Of a DNA stretch of 64,000 nt, positions 63,088 to 64,000 are shown in pieces. The stretch covers positions 1 through 64,000 of the IMG/VR virus record IMGVR_UViG_3300044730_000313, one strand, 5' to 3'. The translations under genes were made by a program, and so were the position numbers. The first letter of the stretch is position 1. Each line of letters opens with the position of its first letter. Source of the DNA: a virus. Below the pieces are notes generated by a model, which was not told the DNA's origin, did not search any database, and saw only the letters and a program-made list of their open reading frames with translations.

Positions 63088-64000
63088 TATAAATACTGTT
63101 TGAATATGTTTGTTATTCCATAATCAAAGTCTATGAGGAATCCAGTCACTTCACCTTTAGCTATTGTGTAGCCATTCTTATCATCCCAACCACTCTTGGC
63201 TGTAGAGAAAGCAGGAAGCTGGAAGAACTTAATACCGTTAAAATCCAAGCTCACCTCGTGGTGTTTATCTCCTGTGAAGATGTAGAAGTTATCATGGTCA
63301 GACCATGCTTCTTTATATTCCATAGGAAATAGACCAGCTAGTTTGGCAGGTTTCAAAGCATCCCCATGATTGAACATCATGGCTGAGCTTCCGTAGCTAA
63401 CATACTTCCTATATCTAGGAGAGATGTCAAAGGACACACGGTTTTCATTTCTGAAATAGATTTCTAACCAGCTAGCCAAGTGCCATCCTACAAACTCATC
63501 GTGGTTACCAGCTACAAATATCACCTCCACATCACCACCTCTTTGAAGAAGTAGGTTTATTACATTCACCTCATGATCACATATTGCCTGAAAAGCAGTG
63601 TGATAGGAAAGGATGTTCTGCTGAGGTGTACCCTTTGTAGTGGTGTTTGTGAACTCACTGTTGAATTCGTCAGACCCAATTATGTATTTAATTTCTGTAA
63701 CGTTGTTAGAAAGAATGGCTTGGTTAAGAATTGTTTCCACTTTTTGAATATAGGTGGCAAATCTTTCCAAAATATCATTGTTTCCTTCTATATCTAGCTT
63801 GTTCAGGTGGGAGTCCTGTTTATTAATTACCAAACAAGCATTTGCTTTAGACAGCTCAAATCTAGGACCAATTATCTCAGGAGATACTGGTTGGTAGGTC
63901 TCTAAAAACGAAATGAACGAGTCTTGGAAAACTTGTTCATTCTTCTTCTTACCCAACCAGGCTTTCACCTGGTAATAAGGGTGTTCAACATTTCCCCAGT
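63087..64000 (-). CDS. calcineurin-like metallophosphoesterase (5' truncated by the window edge)
   Basis: DSH, GSD, AGNHD, HGD, GDKHH motifs; the frame stays open past the track start (WGNVEHPYYQVKAWL) to the window end. Confidence 0.75.
   Translation of the reverse strand, partial: WGNVEHPYYQVKAWLGKKKNEQVFQDSFISFLETYQPVSPEIIGPRFELSKANACLVINKQDSHLNKLDIEGNNDILERFATYIQKVETILNQAILSNNVTEIKYIIGSDEFNSEFTNTTTKGTPQQNILSYHTAFQAICDHEVNVINLLLQRGGDVEVIFVAGNHDEFVGWHLASWLEIYFRNENRVSFDISPRYRKYVSYGSSAMMFNHGDALKPAKLAGLFPMEYKEAWSDHDNFYIFTGDKHHEVSLDFNGIKFFQLPAFSTAKSGWDDKNGYTIAKGEVTGFLIDFDYGITNIFKQYL

Noticed and set aside
18640-63797. Numerous short plus-strand ORFs opposite the large genes
   Set aside because: Antisense shadows with no recognisable motifs
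1-64000. Stop-codon reassignment as seen in some crAss-like phages
   Set aside because: Genes up to 12.9 kb are intact in the standard code, and TAG, TGA and TAA all end tightly packed genes
1-64000. tRNA/rRNA genes, integrase, transposase, diversity-generating retroelement
   Set aside because: Intergenic spaces are short, and no cloverleaf, recombinase or reverse-transcriptase motifs were seen by eye; a tRNAscan run would be needed to exclude tRNAs fully

Overview
64 kb of the late/structural region of a large tailed phage, most likely a crAss-like (Crassvirales-related) phage of a Bacteroidota host. Host evidence: repeated TTTG-N19-21-TAnnTTTG promoters. Phage evidence: a 4290-aa virion RNA polymerase with the DFDID motif, candidate ring, muzzle and IHF-like genes, and a GH19 lysis cassette. 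Nearly every gene is on the minus strand and reads in the standard code. In transcription order (right to left): a metallophosphoesterase, tail ring and muzzle-like proteins, five cargo/ejection proteins including the vRNAP, and a 3086-aa Gly/Ser/Thr/Cys-rich fibre with an S74 chaperone. Then come a sugar and sulfate modification cluster, the lysis genes, small anchor-plus-poly-Thr proteins beside a GT95/GT96-like peptide O-glycosyltransferase, a Dps-like protein and a run of very basic small proteins. The main candidate novel system is a phage-encoded virion glycosylation/sulfation apparatus. It comprises ADP-heptose synthesis (HldE halves, HldD, a HAD phosphatase, a cupin), an Aah/TibC-type protein O-heptosyltransferase fused to three other enzyme domains, PAPS synthesis with a sulfotransferase, and at least eight predicted virion proteins with mucin-like Ser/Thr tracts that could be the acceptors. 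All family assignments come from motif recognition by eye; no database searches were run.
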